A stretch of 55,299 nucleotides of DNA, the filler included, from Squatina squatina (taxonomy: Eukaryota), in the NCBI GenBank assembly GCA_031763465.1. It is 4 parts of 4 records of this genome, joined end to end, with 100 filler letters (N's around TTAATTAATTAA, not from the genome) between each part and the next. Parts side by side here need not be neighbours in the genome. Positions count along the whole stretch, not along the records: positions 1 to 15,159 come from JARFOE010000080.1; 3 more parts are not named here. One strand, written 5' to 3'. The position numbers and the translations under genes were made by a program. Position 1 is the stretch's first letter, and each line of letters opens with the position of its first letter. The notes beneath the pieces were generated by a model that made no database searches, had not been told where the DNA came from, and saw only the letters and a program-made list of their open reading frames with translations. Of this stretch, positions 1 through 14,143 are shown one piece after another.

Positions 1-931
1 GTGAGTTTATTTAACAGGATTTCACTAGCCTTACCAACAGAAATCTGGTCAATCAGGCCTTCAGCAAAGCTTATTTTGCTCCTCTCAAGTGGCTTAACAG
101 TGACTTAACAGCTGAGGAACAGCCAAAGACCTTAATCCAGCTCCACAAGGCAGAAAGCTATAGGAATTTAAGAGGAGCCACAAGTCTGTACAGTCTGATT
201 CATTGACAGAACCATTTCCGTATACTGAAATACCAATATGTAGACCTGTACCATCTGTGAACCAAATTATTTCCTCTTATGTGTGTAATCAGCCTCTGAG
301 TTTTGAGATTAGAAAGAAAAATTAAATTACAATTCATCCTTTAAGAATTGTATGCATCGCCAGCTTGTGTTGTTTGTATTTAATATTATTGGGTAAATCC
401 ACTGATCCAATGGTCCCAGCAGGGAGCTGTCTTCCAAGAAAGCTTGGGCTGGAGATAGGACGACAACACTAGCGCCAATTCTCCAACTCCCTGCTGCCTT
501 CGAGCACAGCTTCCTGCTGAGCGAGCAGGATTAGCGAATTCAGCCTTACATTAAATTAATTTCTTGATTAGTTATGGACTACTTTGTACTGTAATGAGTT
601 ATTTAAACATCCTGGCTTCGAGATTTTCAATTTCCCATGACGGAGAATGAAATATACAACTGAGCAGCACATCTGTTTAAAGCGACCATGGAAGGAGCTC
701 TGCTCAGCTGCTGAAAGTGTCAAGGAGCCCAATAGAATAACATGTTTAAAAGATCCACGTGTAGGTGATGGGCTGGCTGCTTGATTTTCTGCTGGAACCT
801 GCACGCTCCCATCCTTCACCTGCCATCACGAGCATTAAAGCAGTGAATGTAGCAACAGCACCAAAATCCAAATACAACAGATACTGTGCAAAAAAGCTAG
901 CAGCTCCGTCACTGAATCAACTCCAGCTCAA

Positions 932-977
932 GAGAGAGGAGAGATCTAGGGGGTGAGAGAGGAGAGATCTAGGGGGT
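932..977. repeat. Perfect 23-bp tandem duplication
   Basis: GAGAGAGGAGAGATCTAGGGGGT occurs at 932-954 and again at 955-977. The second copy runs into AGGGGGTGAAATTG, which resembles the terminus of a Harbinger-type non-autonomous element. Confidence 0.9.
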
Positions 978-3900
978 GAAATTGACGTAATCGGAGGCTC
1001 AAACACGAACTCGCCTGGCCACTGAAGCACTAAACTTTAGCGCCTAAAGTTTTGGCNNNNNNNNNNNNNNNNNNNNNNNNNNNNNNNNNNNNNNNNNNNN
1101 NNNNNNNNNNNNNNNNNNNNNNNNNNNNNNNNNNNNNNNNNNNNNNNNNNNNNNNNCCTCCGAGCCAGACCCAGTGCCCAGTGTGGGAAAACCAAACAAG
1201 GGAGAAGGGGATAAAATACCTGAACTGAAAATGGAGTCTGACAGCCAACAGAGGAACTGTGCACAAGGGGCTGTTTTGGAAACTGGGGCTTTCTCGGGGT
1301 CTCCAGATCAGAATTTGTCATCGAAGAAAAACTTGCCACCAGACGTTCTTCCCACGTGGTCTAGTCCTCTCACAGAAAAAAAACCTCTCCTTTCTTGAAA
1401 TGCTAGCTGTCCTGTTGAGGGTTTGCAGGCCACCACGTGGCTTTAGAAAGCAAGCTTGGATACCTTTCCTCAGTGCACAAAAAGATGTTTGTGTGTATGG
1501 TCTTAGAAGCAGGTCCCTGAAGGCCCTTCATCATTCTTCATCTGTTTCCTTGTATAATTCTTTTTTTCAAATTTCTCTGCCCTTATCTATTTTTTCTTGT
1601 TTTTCTAATTGAATCAAGATTAGAATCAAATTCCACACCTCTATGTGTTCCAAACCTCTACCTCACAGCCGTGTTCATGCTTCTGTTGTTAGAGGTGAGC
1701 ATCTGCTTGGAAACAGATACCAGTGAGTTGCAATCATATCAGATTTACCCAGGTGGGTATCGCCATGACAAAATCTAGCTGAATGTCAAGAAAATTAATC
1801 ATACCTACAGGAGACAAGGTCACAGCATCAGCTTTCAATTGGATGAGTCAGAGATCCGAGAATTTTACAAATGGCTGTTAAGACAGCAACAAAAACTGTG
1901 AGAGGATGGTAGATATAGATAAAAGGCAAGCCGATTATTGTTACTGCTACAAAAGTCCTTGTCAAATCACTGCAGGGAAGGGGTGGGTCCAAGCTAGTTT
2001 TCTTGACTAGACGGAGCTGTGGTCTCCTGAGGGTACCAGTGAGTATTATGACTGAGCTGAGGTCGTATCAGTACCTGCCATCTGCCCAAATCAAGCCATA
2101 GCCAGATTTAAACCCATATATCGTAATGACATGATATAAATGGAATGCTCTTCTGCTTCAAAAGATCACTTCATTTTATGTGCTTTAACAGTATAAATTC
2201 CAACAAGTTGCACTGTTTTATTTCCTGCAATTATTAGATTTACAATTGTGTGTTATTAGAACCAGAGAATTATTATGAAAACATCGCTGCACAGTAGCTT
2301 CACAAACCTGCACGTAGCTACAGGGGTATCTTTTTGTGACAGTATTGTTTTCATTTCATTGTAATTTCTGTGAATTGTTAGCTTTGCTAATTGTTCCTTT
2401 CTCTTTTGTGAAGTAGTGATGTTCAATTATGTACCCAGGCCTCAAACAATATCCAGAACTTCACAGTCTGTTACATAAACAGCAGAAAACAGATGCAGCT
2501 AATTGTATAGGGATGGTCGAAGTATAGCCTGCAGCTCACATCCTCAGACAACGGAAGGGTATTTTGCCTTTTCCCTCTTAAATTTGGATGCAATATTAGA
2601 AGAGCTGGAAAATCTAAACTGAGCTTTTAATGAAACATCAGGATATGGTTCTCATTGATTTTTTAAAAAATGTGTTTTATGCTTTAGTTCTTGAGTTATN
2701 NNNNNNNNNNNNNNNNNNNNNNNNNNNNNNNNNNNNNNNNNNNNNNNNNNNNNNNNNNNNNNNNNNNNNNNNNNNNNNNNNNNNNNNNNNNNNNNNNNNA
2801 TTTTGAAGCTGATGATGCATTCATTTTAGATAATTTAATGTTATTAATATATTAATATGTTTAATATGTCAACCAAATTTAAAAGTTATATAGACATAGA
2901 ATATAAACCAGGGCAACTGGTTGATGTGTAACTTTCTATCATTTAGTAATCAAGTGCTTTCTTTATCTGATTATTCTGTCGATTTATGCCCCCTCACCTA
3001 AATACAAAAAGTTATTTATGACACTTGTTGTCAAATTCATGGAAATGAAATGCAAATTGCATACAGTAATATGCTCATTACTTTATCACTTCAGTTACTT
3101 GTACTTGTTAAAGGTGCAATGCCTATTCAATTAATCACACAATTAGAAATTGTATGACACATTTGTGAAGAGTGTAGGAAATGTTTTTTTTCCATTGGCA
3201 TTTAAAATTCACTTACTATTTGCTTGAATGACACTGTCAAAACAAACCTAATGACCCAGTAGCATAGCTATAATTATTTAATGGTCGTGTAGTTGACAAG
3301 GTANNNNNNNNNNNNNNNNNNNNNNNNNNNNNNNNNNNNNNNNNNNNNNNNNNNNNNNNNNNNNNNNNNNNNNNNNNNNNNNNNNNNNNNNNNNNNNNNN
3401 NNNACTATTTGCGTACCAAAAACAGCATTTCCAATACTCTCCAATCTGCTATCTATTTATTGATTTTGCATTATTGTTTTCAATGCTTGCAATTCATCAG
3501 AATAAAGGGAGAAAGAGAGATTTATTTATCTCTGTTCCTTCCTTCTATCCCAGTGAATCATGTGCATCAAAAGTGCAAATCAATAGTTGACAAAATTATG
3601 AGTGTTGGCAAAGTCCCAGAGGAATATCTCACAATAGGATTGTGAACACAAAGACTGACTGCATTAAACTGAGAGAAAATAAAAACATTGATTATTAACC
3701 AATCATATTTGCAAATGTTTTCAAGTGTATGGCACTGCAATGCTTAATATATTTTGTGTAACAATAAAAGAGAAGATTCTGAAGTAATTGAATGGTATTT
3801 TAATAAAATAATCTAATTCTCACCATAATCAGGAGTCCAAAGGAAGTGTCTACAAGGCATAATCTAATGCTTGTTCTACACACATTAGGATATTGATTGC

Positions 3901-6849
3901 TACATGCTTGTCTATGGCACTGTTACACTGCTTTCTTGCATTCAGATAACAATAAGAAGGGGTGCCTGATTCTGTTGGAGTAAAATTGTACTGTATGATA
4001 TTGCTAACAAACACATTAACACAGTTGCATGACTTTACTTTGTGCTGTTTTAATGAAGATGTAAAGCCATTTGTTTTAAACAGGTTAATGCCTTTGTTTA
4101 GTATAATAGCAAAATTTCACATTAAACTATTATTGCACAATGCAATTTCAAACCACATGTTTTATACAGCATGAACTGAGCTGTACAAGTACACATTTTA
4201 AAACTTTTCATTGCCTTTAGGATCTAGACATGTTTATATTGGTTTCATTTTTAAATGCATTTCATACTGTTTGTTATCCAGCTCATTTAACAGCAGCACC
4301 TCTGAACAATAAAATGTTCTGAGATTGAGTGCCTGTCACACGTCTTATAATAGTCTTGCCCAATCAAAATAATCCTTCAGGCTTACCCGTAAACTAATTT
4401 AAAGAATATTCTGCTGAGTAGACTTTTCAATAATGGAATCTGAAATGTGTGCTTTTATTCACATATAGATTACAGGCCACAAGATAAACCTCCGCAAACA
4501 AGGAAAAGGCCTAAAACACAAAATATAGACTAAGAACAGTCTGTTGCTATTTACCACCATTTTGTTCATATAATCAGCTACAAATGGATCTTCATGGAGA
4601 TATGAAAAGCCACGGGTGAATGGGTTTTCCGCAGGCAGGGCCTGATTAGCATTTCAAAGCACAGATTCCCACCCACAGCCTGCCACATGGAGAGGCTTGT
4701 TGACTCATGGGTGGCTAGGCCTGTGGCACCAGGCNNNNNNNNNNNNNNNNNNNNNNNNNNNNNNNNNNNNNNNNNNNNNNNNNNNNNNNNNNNNNNNNNN
4801 NNNNNNNNNNNNNNNNNNNNNNNNNNNNNNNNNNTGACAAGTATATAATAATGATCTAAATTAGCTCGGCCACATCTACCTTTCGGGTCACTGCTGCGCT
4901 GGCAAACACGCCCGAGGGAAAGGCATGTGGGGGCTGGATGATAGTGCGTTCCTGATCTGCTCCAAGTTTCACTCCCAAGTGGCATGTAATTCCACTCGGG
5001 AGGATGCCAGAAAATTCTGGCCTTTAGCTTTTGCGTTGGTTTGCTCAATTTTGGACGAATTACGGTTAAAAAAAACCCAGTGCAAGCTATCGGAAATGCC
5101 AGGCCAGTCTGTCCATATCCGTTTGCAACTCCTAGCTTCCATCCACCCAACTTACTATTCAATCTGTGTATTCAAGTTAAAGTGGTAATGATTCTTACTC
5201 ATGTTCATAATGTGTGTTGAGATTTCAATTTCAATCTTAAATTTCATTTCAATTACTGATGAAAGGAATGAGACTTTAATGAACTTCCTTTATGAAGTGA
5301 GGTGAGCATTAAACTATGGAGGTTAATGTGTTTGGATATTATGCATCCATGTAGTAAGCAATTTGATTAACCCATTGTGTTATTTTAAAATAGTTGAACT
5401 GAAAATTAACCTGTGTATGCTTATATATTTATCTGCATCTTACCCCCATGATTTATCAGACATTCTCAGTACTATAATAGAGGTGGCATCNNNNNNNNNN
5501 NNNNNNNNNNNNNNNNNNNNNNNNNNNNNNNNNNNNNNNNNNNNNNNNNNNNNNNNNNNNNNNNNNNNNNNNNNNNNNNNNNNNNNNNNNCATATATTAT
5601 TGACAGTTATGTTGTTACTGATTGCATCTCACATATAAGTTGAATTCTATGAATGGGCATCTTAGTTCACATACTTAATAGTCATATTGCTAGGAAACTT
5701 AAATATCTTCTTGAATTTCAAGTGATTGGTTGCATTGACTGAAGAGAAATTGCTTGAAGCATTCTTGGGAAGACAATGGCAAATAGTTAACAGGAAGCAC
5801 AAAAAAATAATCTTTTCAATGAAGTAAATATAAACCATGCTCAGTGCCAAGTGTATTATCTGCTTTGGAGTGCGGAATGTAAACAGATGCTTTTAATGGA
5901 TAATATTTTATTAGATTTTCAACCAGTATTATTTATTTCTTCGTTTTGTTAAATTTCTTATTTTCTTTGTTATATAAAATCCCTAGTGCCTAGTTTTCTA
6001 TGAGACTCGCCTTTANNNNNNNNNNCAAACACATGTTGAGTTATTTCAATGATATGGCAAAGAAGGGATACAGCTTTTTATTAAACAGTCTTGTTTTTTT
6101 CTTTCAAGCTGAAAGCATCCCCCTGACCCCCCACCCCAGTGGGATACATTCTAGAATGCAATTTAGATATTAAGACCTGGAGGGAGGTGATCCTGCTTTG
6201 CCTAGCTGCTTGACATTTTCTCGTAATAAGGAGAGCATTTAGACTGTCAACAGACAGGCTTTCAATGATATCCAACAGGGATGAACTTCAATCTGGAAAT
6301 ACGAATTGAAACAAATGTGTTCAATTTATATCAATTCAGATACAGACAGTTTCGTTGATTCGAGTTTTGGAAAGAGTGGCTGCTAATTATAGCGGAAGAT
6401 TTCCTTTGTGTGCTCCTTGTAGTGAAATCTTAAATGTTCTTTATCAGCGAGTTTACGATTTTATTGTACAAAATGCACAGAGGAAATGTGTCCCCTAGAT
6501 TAGTGTTATTGTTGTCCTTGCCGCCTTAAATGAATAATTCTACAGGCTGAACCAAACTCCTTTTTGTTAACATGTTTTAATGGTGCACTAAACACAGGTG
6601 AGTGCAGAAAAGATACATGAAAAGAAATTTATTACCCTTTGCAGCCCAGAGAACTAGCCATAGTCCATTCTGAACAATCTGTGGTTTTGATAATATAAAT
6701 GATTTATATAACTGGGCCTGTTTCTACAGGCTTTACTGCTAAACGAGGAAATCTGATTCAAATGCACTAAACATTCAAAACATATCAATAAGTTAGAAGT
6801 ACTCATAGCTATGGAGGGATAAGGTAAAGCTATAGCAGAGATATGGCTT

Positions 6850-7470
6850 AAGTTTGGACAGTACTGGAAACGTTCTTAGTTATAACATGTTCAGGAAGTA
6901 CGGTGTGGGGGAAGGGGACATTGGGTGGCATTGTTAGTGGAGGATCCTCTCTAAGCATGAGAATGTAAAGGTGTCCTAAGGGCTTTATTGGCAAGATCCA
7001 TATGGATAGAGTTAAGAAATAGGAAGGGAACTGGTGCAATTCATGCACTAGAGGACAACAAACAAAGAGATGAGATAGAAGTGAAGGTCTGTAGACAGAT
7101 GAAGAAAATATACAAGAACAACAGAGCAATAATATGATTTCAACTATCCTAAGATAACCCATAATAAGGGTACTGCTTATTGTATCAAAGTGGAGCATAC
7201 ATTTGAATGTGTTTAGCACTGCATCCTAACCCGGTATAGGAAAGAAGCATTGCTTGATTTTGTGAAGTGAAGTGCGGCAACTAACTAATGTGAGAGTAGG
7301 AGAATAATTGGGAATTAGCAACCACTGCATGATAGAAAAGAACAATGAAGAGTCAAAGATAAGGCTGCTGTATTGGAAAATGGTAAAATTCAGCTAGTTA
7401 TAAAGGGATCAGTCCCAAACTAACTGGATAGAAATGTAAGTAAACAGGTCAGCCAATCAGCAGTTAGAAA
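6850..7470 (+). mobile_element. Highly decayed CR1-like LINE fragment (end of ORF1 and endonuclease region)
   Basis: Purine-rich sequence with remnants resembling CR1 endonuclease DNA (GAAAGAAGCATTGCTTGAT, GAGTAGGAGAATAATTGGGAATTAGCAACCAC). It parallels the copy at 24615-25285. No intact frame; boundaries approximate. Confidence 0.5.
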
Positions 7471-7495
7471 TCTTCAAATATCAGAATGAACACAG

Positions 7496-8235
7496 TGGGG
7501 TGGATTTTCCAGGGCCTGTGAATGCAGTGTACACGGTCGTAAGTGCCCCGCAAGTTCCGGGTTTCCACCTATGCAAAAACCCGGAACTTGCGATCTGTCA
7601 AGTTTCTGCTTGACAAATCGTACCGATGGCAGGAAATGGAGGTTCACTGGCGCAGAGTTGGGTAATTTGCACAACTACTGCCCAGCGAATGCCCACAAAA
7701 CTTTTACACCTGGTAAAAGCAAGTGTAAGACCTCCTTTTATCAGCATAGGGATTTAAATAAATATTAAAATACAATTTTTTTAAATGATCCAACCATACA
7801 AAAACCTTTAAAATTAGTTTAGGTTATTTTTGCCTTCTTGAAAAATGTTTCAATTTTTTTTCATAACATTAAATTTTTGTTTTAAATGTGTAATTAAATT
7901 GCATTTTAATTAATTTTGATTATGTGATGATTTATTTTTATTTCAGTGTTGTGAATGTACGTGTGTCTTTAGGGGATTCCAATTAAGCTTATGGGGATTC
8001 TGTATATAAATGGAATCTCCATAAGTATAATGGGAATCCCCTGTTGTGATTGGTTGGGCTGGCCCATGTGATCCCAGGGATGCTTGCGAACCACATGCGT
8101 CCCTGGGATACGTGGGCCTTTCGGCAGGTGCGCCTGCAGGCTCAGGAGCGCGAGTCTTCGCAGGTACGGAGGCACCATGTAAGTGCAGAGTTACTTGCAG
8201 CCCGCGGGAAGCTTCCTACCGCAATTTCCAGCCCA
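7496..8235. mobile_element. Non-autonomous DNA transposon (MITE-like, probably PIF/Harbinger class)
   Basis: Imperfect terminal inverted repeats (TGGGGTGGATTTTCC ... GCAATTTCCAGCCCA), GC-rich ends and an AT-rich core. A similar architecture recurs at about 35575-36197. Confidence 0.55.
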
Positions 8236-8320
8236 TTGTAAAATAAGAAGGTATACATGCTCCAACAACTATCAAAGAATAGAGTCCTGTGGATAAATAG
8301 AAATAAGAACTAAATTGAAA

Positions 8321-8398
8321 CGTATAAACGGGTCCTTTTCAGAATGGCAGGCAGTGACTAGTGGGGTACCGCAAGGCTCAGTGCTGGGACCCCAGTTA
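8321..8398 (+). mobile_element. CR1-type LINE reverse transcriptase fragment
   Basis: Translates RINGSFSEWQAVTSGVPQGSVLGPQL, which contains the GVPQGSVLGP RT motif. Truncated by an N gap. Confidence 0.9.
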
Positions 8399-8498
8399 NN
8401 NNNNNNNNNNNNNNNNNNNNNNNNNNNNNNNNNNNNNNNNNNNNNNNNNNNNNNNNNNNNNNNNNNNNNNNNNNNNNNNNNNNNNNNNNNNNNNNNNN

Positions 8499-9830
8499 GA
8501 GCTGGACTCCTCTGTGCTCTCTGCCGTTGAACCAGAGGTGGCTGCCTGGTACGCTTAGAAGCTTGTGCTGTATAGCCAGTAGTTTTCTTCTGTAGGCCGA
8601 GTCTTTGAGGTCTTAATCTCTGCCATCTGCAGCAGCGCTTGGATGCGAGGTCAACCTCAAGTGACATGCTTCCTGAGCAGTCCTATCCACCTGATTTTGC
8701 CCCTGCACACTTGTACTTGTTGAATCGCTGCGTACAGACTTCTCAGGCCTCAAAACTACAGAGTGTCAGTCACTGAGCAAGGTATTTGCTTGAGTATGGT
8801 TGAGTGATGCTGCATCTTCCAAAGGGATGTCCTTGTTTTACTCTGGGCCTCTGCACTCTAGAGTCTCAGGATCTGGAAAGTATGAGAGATGTAGGTTAGC
8901 AGTTAGTTTGCAAGGTTAAACAGTGAAAGATGAGTGACTGCTGAAAGATGCAACCCTTTATCATGCATAGTGTGAGGGTGAGACTTTACTGACCCCCCTG
9001 ATACATTACTGTACTGCAAACTGTGATGTATCGCTGATATCACCTACTGCAACTTGGAAGAAGCCCTTGGCATTAAGGGTCAAGGTGGCCTTGACAGCCA
9101 CATGCAGTGCTGTCCATGCCCTGAGGCAAGGCTCGAGTTGTGGCTGCAACAAGCGAAATAGTTCAGTGACAGCCTCCTTGGTGAAGTGAAGACTCCTGAC
9201 ACATTTCTCCTGAGTAAACTTAATGTAGGAGAAGTGCTCCCCGAATATCTGCTGTGGAAATGGCTTCTTACGCAGTGCTCTCCTCCTCCTCCCTCTCTTG
9301 CAGTTGCTCCTGCTCTCTGATGTCTTGCTTGCTGCTCTCCCTCGTCCTCTAGCTGAAGAAAGCAGCCCGATGAGACCACACATGACTGCAGTCAAGCTAT
9401 CACTGAGGCAGCCAACAGCAGTGCTGTGTAGAGAAAGTGATCTTTCCTGAGTGATAAAATGCACCATAAAGCATCCAGAAGTTAATCAGCAGCCTGAAAT
9501 AAAAAAAACAGCAATTAACCTGTCAGCACAGCATGATCCAGTTAAATACCGCTGGTGGAGAGTCTTTCCTGCCAAGTGTTGCTGATGGAGTTCAGCACGT
9601 GGTTAGGAACCTGCTGGGGCAAACCAATATCGAGAACCCATCATGCAAGGTCCGCAGGACTCAAATTTAAATAAAACATACTGCTGTTAGCATACTCTAG
9701 CCGTGCATTCCTGCTGCCATTGTGTCCACTTGCACCAATATGGCAGGTGGTACACGGTGCAGTTCCTGCCTGCCATATTGAGTTGTAGGATTCCATTTAA
9801 CATCTGCAAATGGATGCTGAGCGGTCAAGG
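8499..9830 (-). mobile_element. Decayed PIF/Harbinger transposon with a HARBI1-like transposase N-terminal fragment (about 9006-9330)
   Basis: Minus-strand translation EHFSYIKFTQEKCVRSLHFTKEAVTELFRLLQPQLEP..TALHVAVKATLTLN..GFFQVAVGDISDTSQFAVQ matches the Harbinger transposase HTH region; the DDE core is absent. Outer boundaries approximate. Confidence 0.8.
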
Positions 9831-11812
9831 CCACGGTTTCTTATGGTGCTAGTCTAATCAAGGTCATCCACCTTTGAGTTGGTTTCCAACATTTGCAGTA
9901 TTTTTTCTTCTTGGGATACAAGAGAAAGCTTATCCGCTCTGGCCAATCCTCCTCCCACCTCTAGCCTCCAACCTCTCTTGTTGCTCTCTTTTATTGCTAT
10001 GACTGGTCAAGGTTTATCTGAACCTTCCTTTCTTCCTCCTAATCTGAAAATGTGGCACAATTACATACACCCTGCACCATCACATTGTCAAAATCAAGAC
10101 TCACCACCCTCTTCATCTTCAGACTTCACTTCCTCCAACATTTGCAGCTTTTAAAAGCAAAGCTTTGCTATTACACCTTCAGTACTCCCTTATTCACGTC
10201 ATCTTTTATTCTTTTCAATCCTGCTGGTGCCCTGCACTGTGGGCTTTAGCCCTTCACCTTAGTTCATTAGTTAGAACAAAACTAGAAAAGATAGGGGTAG
10301 GATAAGACTTTGGGTGACATTATTAAATGACCGATATTGGATCATGAAATAAAAATGAAAATGAATGGCTGGATCAAAATTTACACTGTCACCTAAAGTC
10401 ACAATTGCCCCCGATGGCAAGAATATGTTTGAAGCTAACTGCACTGCTTTACTCATTTGCATGTTTATTCAATTTGAATATTAAAATATTTCTATAAGAT
10501 CTGCGTTATCATCTGGGGATTGCTGAAATAGCCAAACTCTATTAAATACAACCTTATGCTGGAGTTCAAAATTAATATGATTAAATACAACTCATTATAC
10601 AATGAAATTCTGTTTTAAGCAGTTTTCAATATATTAAATTGACTGACTATCTTTTCACAGGTACATCGACAATATTGAGGATGCAATAAGAGCATAGACG
10701 TTATTTATTTTTCTTTAATGGAGGGCAATCTTATGTGCCATCGAAGACTTTTAACGTTTAANNNNNNNNNNNNNNNNNNNNNNNNNNNNNNNNNNNNNNN
10801 NNNNNNNNNNNNNNNNNNNNNNNNNNNNNNNNNNNNNNNNNNNNNNNNNNNNNNNNNNNNNATTTGGGTAAGGCAGGTTTTGGGTGTCAATGAGGTGACT
10901 GAGCTGCCCTCCAATTTTCAACAGTGGCCGTCTATTTTTCAGGCAAAAGATGGGCAGCTGCCAGTTGAAAATTGCCCCTATAGTCTTGTCCCACCAGCAC
11001 AGTAAGTCACATCACGTCTCAGCTTCTTTATAAAGCTTACTGTGTTCAATTAGTGTTAAGTAAACCAACAAATATCAGCAATACTCTCTTACTGTCAATA
11101 ACATGCATTGAACTAGAGGAACTGAAAATGAGATTGATCACCTAAACATAAATTCTCAGCTATCACAGTAAAACTGTCTAAAAATGCCTTATAGCTTGTC
11201 AATCACGAAGTAGCTGTCAGAATTTGAACATTATTATCCGACATTAACATTTCCAACGTGAAGATTAGCATGAATTTATTAACATTTCAGGTTTCATTTA
11301 TTGATTTACATACTTACAGCATCTCTGGAGCATTTGCCAAGAACAGTTAAAACTCAATTTACTGATTTCTGCTTCAATGTAACTTCAAAATGAAGTCACT
11401 ATAAATTATTTCCTGACTAGATTTTATGCTAACAGCGTTCAGCCAAGGAGTATATCAAAATGTAATAATCTTCAGACCTCATCTGACAATATCCAATCAG
11501 AATCATATTATTCAATAGCTTAAGAAACTAAAACCTGGAAACTTCTCTTCCAAGTGATCATCACTGGTACTGTGACAGGACAGGACTTGCACCCTCTCGA
11601 CTGGCCCTGCACATTGTCTGGGGTCGGTCTCCTTTGGCTATTCTGGGTGGGCTACCACTTTATTAATGCCTCTGATTAACAGCTTGCACATTTGGAGGCA
11701 GGAAATGGTGCACTGCTGCAGAACTTGAATTTTCAGCAGTAGTTTAAATGGCCAGGCATCAATATTGAAAGGAGGTTTTTGGTAGCTTGATTGTAAATCT
11801 GAAGGTCTACTG

Positions 11813-12020
11813 CAGAGCACAGAACTCCCAGGTTTTCAGAGGCTACAATGGATGTGCCACTGGTCCAAACAAGGCAGAGCAGTGATGGCTTGTTTTGGAC
11901 TAAAGGGAGAAGCTCCTCAAAATGATACCGGCCAGGTGCGTTGGCTATCCAGGGGAGTTAGTACCTACTCCTCCACCTCACAGGTGGCAACTCAGTGCCA
12001 AAAACATTTAATGATTTTAT
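11813..12020 (+). mobile_element. Decayed Myb/SANT-like exon of a Harbinger element
   Basis: An RTPRFSEATMD start and a CAGTGCCAAAAACATTTAATGATTT end parallel the better-preserved copy at 26433-26661. Frameshifted. Confidence 0.5.
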
Positions 12021-14027
12021 GGGAAAAAGTTTAGTAATCTTATGGGCAAAATAAGAGGAGTCATCCATGTCACCTGCTCCTATCATTCAAGTAACATTTT
12101 GGAGGCACACGAGATTAGGTTTAATACATCACACACATGCAACAAGGGGAAACTGGTGAAAAGGCACACTGGGCAGACAAATATTGTAGGTTTTCAGTAA
12201 ATTTAAGGTTGCACCAAAGGTGCTGTGCATNNNNNNNNNNNNNNNNNNNNNNNNNNNNNNNNNNNNNNNNNNNNNNNNNNNNNNNNNNNNNNNNNNNNNN
12301 NNNNNNNNNNNNNNNNNNNNNNNNNNNNNNTGTTGGCAAGATGATACTTGGAGGTTTTTGTGGTTTGTTTTCTTTGATCTCCCTTCTATATTTTTGCACT
12401 TTGCAGATTGCTAAACTACCAGGCATCCACCTCTATGAAGAGCAGGAATATTAGCAATGTTTATTAAACTAAGCTGTTTGATAAAATAGCCTCAATCGGT
12501 GCAAAAGGTTTTTCCTGTTTCTTTTCAATTATTTTCTTTCGACCTAGCTTCATTTTTATATTTGTATTGCCCCATGCAAAGTCACCTCATTCTCAATTCA
12601 TCAGGACGGTGCAGTGATGTGAAAACACACTAAAAATCAACGCAATTTAGATTCTGACACCAAATAAAATAAGGATGAGGCACACTGCATTGGCACCAAT
12701 ATCAACATGTAGATTAAATATACAAATCAGTCCAAAGATTTACTCTGGAACCCTCCGACTGTAAATAGAATATCTTTAAGTACTTGTGGGTACATTATAC
12801 AGCTTTAGACTTGGGTTCATGGCATCCATTTGGCAAGAGTTATGGTGAGTCATGTTACAGACAGAGTGGACTAGTCACACATAAACTTGCATCATTGGAG
12901 CAACTCTAGAGTATGAGGGATGATCCAAAGTGATGGATGTCTACAGTAAGGAAAATGAATAACATAACTGCACTACCTCCTGCAAAGTTACTTCTTGAAA
13001 TTATGCAGATGGAGGAAATCCTTTGCATTGAAAGCACCCTACCCTAAGAATTTCCATTCCCTTTATCCGTATACATTTGGTACTGTTGGATTTCTGAATA
13101 TCTGTACATTACCATTAGTAAGAGGAATGGTAAGAAAAAAAATTAAGTATGTGAACTAAAATGAATCAATGATAAAGCAATGCATATTTTAAACAATCAA
13201 ATGCTAACTAGCTCATTGTAGACATACCATCAAATCATATTGCTGCAAAGCCTTGAACGGTGACTTGGAACTAAACAGAGAACGTGTTCCAATATAAGTT
13301 GATTTAGCTTAGTCACACCAATGACACATTGAGCATGTCACAATCCTGGCTGGGAACAGTGATAATCTCAAACAAAATTTCATATCTGCTTCATTGGTTA
13401 AAGCTCTGCAGTGCAGAATGTTAATAAACATAATATAAGACATAAAACAAAAAGCAAATGGTAATTAGAAGCTTGCAATTGTATGATAAAATTGTTTTTT
13501 TTCATGGTAGATTTGCACAACATCAGGAAATTAGAAAATTAATCTCTTCAATGCAGTGGATGAAAGCAGAAGACTTTTGTGGCGTGGAATAAATAAAATA
13601 TCCAGACCTTTCAGTTTAGAATCCCTTGCAAATGCACGTTTTTCCCCTCTCGGGTGGCTGAGTTTTATAGCATAATGTTTAATGTTTACTTGAGTGATAG
13701 TCAAAACAAGTACCAAATGGTACAAGAGTATAGTCACCTTTGTGTATAGTCATCTTTGGATATTCATATTATTGTTCATATTTTTCAGACTGGTGCATGT
13801 AAATGATAGCTGGGAGGCAGGGTCCAGCAACCTGCCTGACTTCCCTACTTACCATCGCTGATACTGCCAAATCCAAAGGTTACTGGGTGATCGGTGGCAA
13901 TTAGCCCTGGTTATTAGCTACAAGCCTCCTAAGTCATTAATTGTAGAGAGTTTAGTAGTAGCCTCCCTGCTGTCCATTAAAGTCCCAGTGATTAACCTCT
14001 CTAAGGCTTTCGTTCAGTCTGACCACG

Positions 14028-14143
14028 AGATATGGGGATAGTGCAGGAATGTGGAGTTGAGGTAGAAGATCAGCCATGATATTTTGAACGCGGAGTAGGT
14101 TCGAAGGGCTGAATGGCTTACTCTTGCTTCTATTTTCTATGTT
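14028..14143 (+). mobile_element. CR1-like LINE 3' end
   Basis: GATCAGCCATGAT..GAAGGGCTGAATGGCTTACTCTTGCTTCTATTTTCTATGTT is a typical CR1 3' UTR. Reverse-complement relatives occur at 29388 and 46564. Confidence 0.75.

Noticed and set aside
1811-1901. Candidate exon RQGHSISFQLDESEIREFYKWLLRQQQKL*
   Set aside because: Weak pyrimidine tract and no recognisable homology.
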